A stretch of 64,000 nt of DNA, from contig ML978122.1 in the NCBI GenBank assembly GCA_010015805.1, positions 1,274,453 to 1,338,452 of the forward strand, written 5' to 3'. The stretch is from Rhizodiscina lignyota. Taxonomy: Eukaryota. Both the position numbers and the translations under genes were made by a program. Shown one piece after another: positions 60,574-64,000 of this stretch. How positions within the stretch are numbered: the stretch's first letter is position 1; each line of letters starts with the position of its first letter. The notes under the pieces are model-generated. The model did not search any database. It had not been told where the DNA came from and saw only the letters and a program-made list of their open reading frames with translations.

Positions 60574-63500
60574 TCACTTCGTCCCCTGCTCAACCTCTGT
60601 CAACCATCTCTTCACTCCCTCTTTGAGAGTCGACTCTCGCAAATTCTCCCCGCTCAGCCTGATCACTGACTTCTTGTCATCCATTGTTACGTCTTCCCCT
60701 GCCTGCTGTCTCTCGGTCACCACGCTCCTAACAATGGCCTCAAGTGCACCCATCACCGCATCCCTGGTCTCCCTCGGCACGTCCCCAGCCGCAATTGCAC
60801 CTGCACTTGATCCAGAACCGTGATGTTGGACTTCATTCCCCTGGCTACCTGATTGCTCTTCCGGAACGATACTCGTCAGGGGCGCGACATCTCCTTCCAG
60901 CCGCCCTCTTCTCGAGCTACTCCGACTTGATGTCGCACTCGGTATCCTGCTTCCAGCGAGGCTCACAGGGCCCACAGAGCCAGCAGCGCTGCTAATCACC
61001 TTCTCCACAGCCTCGACAAGGACGTCGTCGAGATCCATGACGTCCTCCGTCTTCCACTCCTCCTTGAGATGGATCTCGCTCATCGCCAGCTGCGGCCCCG
61101 CGCCATCCACCTTACTGTGCGTATATGCTTCGTACGGGTTGCCATACCGGCTGCGGCCCGCAGCAGCAACAGCAGCGCCACGACTGGCCATTCCTAGAGG
61201 CGCTGCACCGGGAGTGATACCAGGGGTGACAGCAGGTTGGCCCAAGACAGGGACGAGGCGCACGAGGCGGCGGAGGGACAGGCGCTTGACTTTCCACTCG
61301 CGCGTGTCGGCAATGAGACAGCGACAGACGTCGACCCACTTGTCGGTTGGGCCGGACTCCGTATCCGGTGTCAATGCAGCACACACAGGTGTCGGTTCGG
61401 CGCGCATGGCATCCTTGATGTCTGCCATGAGATTGGCATACGGCGATACGGCTTGCAGCGCAAAGTCCGGGTGGAACATGGTGAGCCAGCCTGCGACATT
61501 AAGCGGATGTGTCGTGTCTCTGATGGAGTTGAACGGCTGTGACAGGTGAGGAAAGGTGAGCAACGAAGGTGGGTGAGGATGGCCGGGGCTGTTAGATGTG
61601 CTGCTTGCGAAGCTAGAGCTGTGATGATGCCCACTGCCACCGTGATGGTGATGAGAGTGACTGCTGTGTGGTGGCAGATATGGTGAGCGCTGCGTAGACG
61701 GCGGGGAGCCCGTGAAGTCCAGGAATGGAATTTCCACATCGATAATGCCGTCCTTCTCGTTGACACTCATCTTAAAAGGACTCTCGGGTACTTTCGCTCG
61801 CTCTGGAATGGGCTGTGCGGACGACGGTGGAGTCGATTGGCCTTGTGAGCCGTCAAAGAGATCAGGCGACTGTTGTTCGCTTGCCATGGACGGTGGTTGA
61901 TGCCGATCAGCGTCGTAACTGGTGCGTCCACTTCCGATTTCTACTTCTCGTACCATTTGCTCTAGCTTGCTCGAGGAGCGTGACTGCACCAGTCTTGCAC
62001 CGTTCAAAGACAAGATACCCAAGCCCTCGTCAGTTGATTGTAGGATGTCGCTGTAATCGGTACCCGATTCCCGTCGCGTGCCCATGCTCCAAAAGCTCTT
62101 GAGACTACCCCATCGGCTGCCTGCTGGCTGAGACTCTGTACTACTGCCAGTGCTGTTGCGATTGAGTGCGCTGACCAGATTTGCGGATGCAAGGCTCCCA
62201 CTGCTACCAGGCCGACGGTGGAGCGCTCGGCCTGCGAGATCGGTGGATGAATTCGTGCGCTGAATTGCAAAATGTGCAGCAGGCACCCCAGTGTCCGGCG
62301 TGATCGTTGAAGTCGTCGTGGCACTGGCCTTCCGCAACGTAGCGTCTTCTTCGGGGGAGAGGGTTATCGGGGCGCGCAAGATCGAGCGGGCTTCTGATCC
62401 ACGGCGAGAGCGCTCACCATCATCGCCAGAGAGATCGTTGCCGCTGAGAGTGCGCTCATCGGCAGATTCTCCTCTGTGGCCACCACGGCCTGATGGTAGG
62501 CGCGTCCGTGAAGAACTTGCGTGACCTCTTCGATTAATGGTCCGTCTCAGTGACTCTTGCCGTCCGATTGTTGCCATTCCCGGCGGAGACTGTGAGTATC
62601 CGCGAAGAGATACAGCAGTGCCAGGACGGCCGGGAGAGCTTGTACCCTCATGACTTGGGTGACTAGAGGGCAAGAATGCGGACAGTAAAAATATCAGCCT
62701 CCGAGCTGCCATCTTGTTGTCCGTGATGATGATGGTACGATTCGGAATCGTCAGGTCGTCGTTCAGTTTGGCGTTCTGCTGCTCCTTGTACCGTTTCCGG
62801 TGCCATTTTGGCCCGAAGACTCTCATCCAATCCGTGTGCTGGCCCAGAAAGGCAGTCATGAGGTTCTCGAGGAAAAAGCTCTGCTCTCGAGCGCCAGCCC
62901 ATTTGCCTAGCCAGATTGCCTCTTCACGCCAAATGCCCCAGCGGCCTTGACCGGTGCGCACTCGGGGTAATTTGATGCCACGGACAATCCTGCGTCCGGC
63001 CGACTCAGCAATCTTTTTCATGTCCTCATCAGCAGTCAATGCACCAGGCTGAAGCTGAGGCCGGTATGCCCGCACCTGGGGCTTCAGTAGAGCCAAGATC
63101 TTCTCTTGAGCGAGGTATTGCAGTGCAGTCAATGTGCGGGAGATGATGTCCCAGTGCTGACCAATAAGATCTACGCGATCATCGACGTCGCTGTTAAACG
63201 AGCTCGACAGCATTGAGTCCACCCCGAAAACAGAGTCAACAAAGGACCAGCCTCCACTTCGACCTTCAGAGCCAAGGGAGGAGGCGACAGAATCGCTTCC
63301 ATGCTGCATAGGTGGGAAGTAGCCAGACCTATTGCGGCGAGGTGCATTCGGTGGAGGAGCAACAGGCAGTTGAATGATGAGCGAGATGCCGTACATAGGG
63401 AGCGAATGTGATTTGCCCTGCGACGGAAGAAGACGGAGCTGCTTTCCACCAATGCCACCACCATTAGCGTTCTTCGGAAATGGAAACCCTCCTGATGGAT

Positions 63501-64000
63501 TGGGATTCGCAGGTGTCGGCGTAGTTTCGTTTGGCGTGGCCACTCCTTCTCCGCCATCGACGAGCGGGACTGAAAAGGTCCTGCTTATTAGCACCGTCCG
63601 CCTTCTGACGTCTCTGACTGGCGTATGTGGTGTACGTCCACCATCAGAGCCCGTATTGGCCGGAGGGTCGCCTGGAGTGTAAGATTTGGCCAAGTGACTC
63701 CGGCGCTGCCCTCCAACTTTGCCAAATGATGCAGGACCGTCGGCAAACGTTGGACTCGAGAGGACAGTCTCATTCGGCTTCTGCTCAAGTGGAATGATGT
63801 GAATTCTATTGCTCGTGCCCTTGTAGCTCGACTGCGCGTTTTCAAACATGCACTCCAGCGCAGTCTTGACCATGTCTTCTGATTCTCGATGGCGCGCTTG
63901 TGCAGTCTCGTCGATGAATGGCAACGGCGTCGAAATCGACGTGTTTCGGAGTCTGTTGCGCTGAAAGGCGCCTCCCGAGCCAAATGAGCTGGGCGAGCGT
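60574..64000 (-). CDS. Folliculin-interacting protein (Lst4/FNIP)-like, 5' end probably beyond the window
   Basis: 1116-aa ORF with VLISRTFSV, MYGISLIIQLP, NLMTAFLG.HTDW, RTIII...MAARRLIFLLSAFL, VAGWL..FHPDFALQAV; assignment from memory of the family. Confidence 0.65.
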   Translation of the reverse strand, partial: RSPSSFGSGGAFQRNRLRNTSISTPLPFIDETAQARHRESEDMVKTALECMFENAQSSYKGTSNRIHIIPLEQKPNETVLSSPTFADGPASFGKVGGQRRSHLAKSYTPGDPPANTGSDGGRTPHTPVRDVRRRTVLISRTFSVPLVDGGEGVATPNETTPTPANPNPSGGFPFPKNANGGGIGGKQLRLLPSQGKSHSLPMYGISLIIQLPVAPPPNAPRRNRSGYFPPMQHGSDSVASSLGSEGRSGGWSFVDSVFGVDSMLSSSFNSDVDDRVDLIGQHWDIISRTLTALQYLAQEKILALLKPQVRAYRPQLQPGALTADEDMKKIAESAGRRIVRGIKLPRVRTGQGRWGIWREEAIWLGKWAGAREQSFFLENLMTAFLGQHTDWMRVFGPKWHRKRYKEQQNAKLNDDLTIPNRTIIITDNKMAARRLIFLLSAFLPSSHPSHEGTSSPGRPGTAVSLRGYSQSPPGMATIGRQESLRRTINRRGHASSSRTRLPSGRGGHRGESADERTLSGNDLSGDDGERSRRGSEARSILRAPITLSPEEDATLRKASATTTSTITPDTGVPAAHFAIQRTNSSTDLAGRALHRRPGSSGSLASANLVSALNRNSTGSSTESQPAGSRWGSLKSFWSMGTRRESGTDYSDILQSTDEGLGILSLNGARLVQSRSSSKLEQMVREVEIGSGRTSYDADRHQPPSMASEQQSPDLFDGSQGQSTPPSSAQPIPERAKVPESPFKMSVNEKDGIIDVEIPFLDFTGSPPSTQRSPYLPPHSSHSHHHHGGSGHHHSSSFASSTSNSPGHPHPPSLLTFPHLSQPFNSIRDTTHPLNVAGWLTMFHPDFALQAVSPYANLMADIKDAMRAEPTPVCAALTPDTESGPTDKWVDVCRCLIADTREWKVKRLSLRRLVRLVPVLGQPAVTPGITPGAAPLGMASRGAAVAAAGRSRYGNPYEAYTHSKVDGAGPQLAMSEIHLKEEWKTEDVMDLDDVLVEAVEKVISSAAGSVGPVSLAGSRIPSATSSRSSSRRGRLEGDVAPLTSIVPEEQSGSQGNEVQHHGSGSSAGAIAAGDVPRETRDAVMGALEAIVRSVVTERQQAGEDVTMDDKKSVIRLSGENLRESTLKEGVKRWLTEVEQGTK

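Overview
Gene-dense eukaryotic DNA from a filamentous ascomycete (Pezizomycotina; a Dothideomycete is my inference from protein style and short GT-AG introns with CTRAY branch sites). About 34 protein-coding genes are supported. Core genes: UBA1, a PITH-domain protein, NOP4, a cytochrome-b5/MAPR protein missed by the ORF track, a secreted ureohydrolase, CUE5-like, SPC25, RRN6-like, NBP35, VPS20, RIX7, RPL6, RPN13, LSM8, EMP24, RPL9, a monothiol glutaredoxin, a POA1-like macrodomain, an ECM4-like glutathionyl-hydroquinone reductase and a 5'-truncated LST4/FNIP-like gene. Two accessory-looking patches interrupt them: ~17-26 kb (degenerate DEAH helicase, bacterial-type MetX-like hydrolase, GH16, MFS) and ~43-48 kb (GH13 alpha-glucosidase, SDR, DUF1907). 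I recognised no tRNA, rRNA, CRISPR array or transposon. Best leads: a divergent SDR/DUF1907 (C11orf54-like) pair that may be a sugar-acid catabolic module; a CUG-initiated NLS-bearing extension of Uba1; a DEAH pseudo-helicase; a long nested hairpin in the RPN13 intron separating the Pru and DEUBAD domains; and a likely horizontally acquired hydrolase with a peroxisomal signal. All family calls are from motif recognition by eye; no searches were run.
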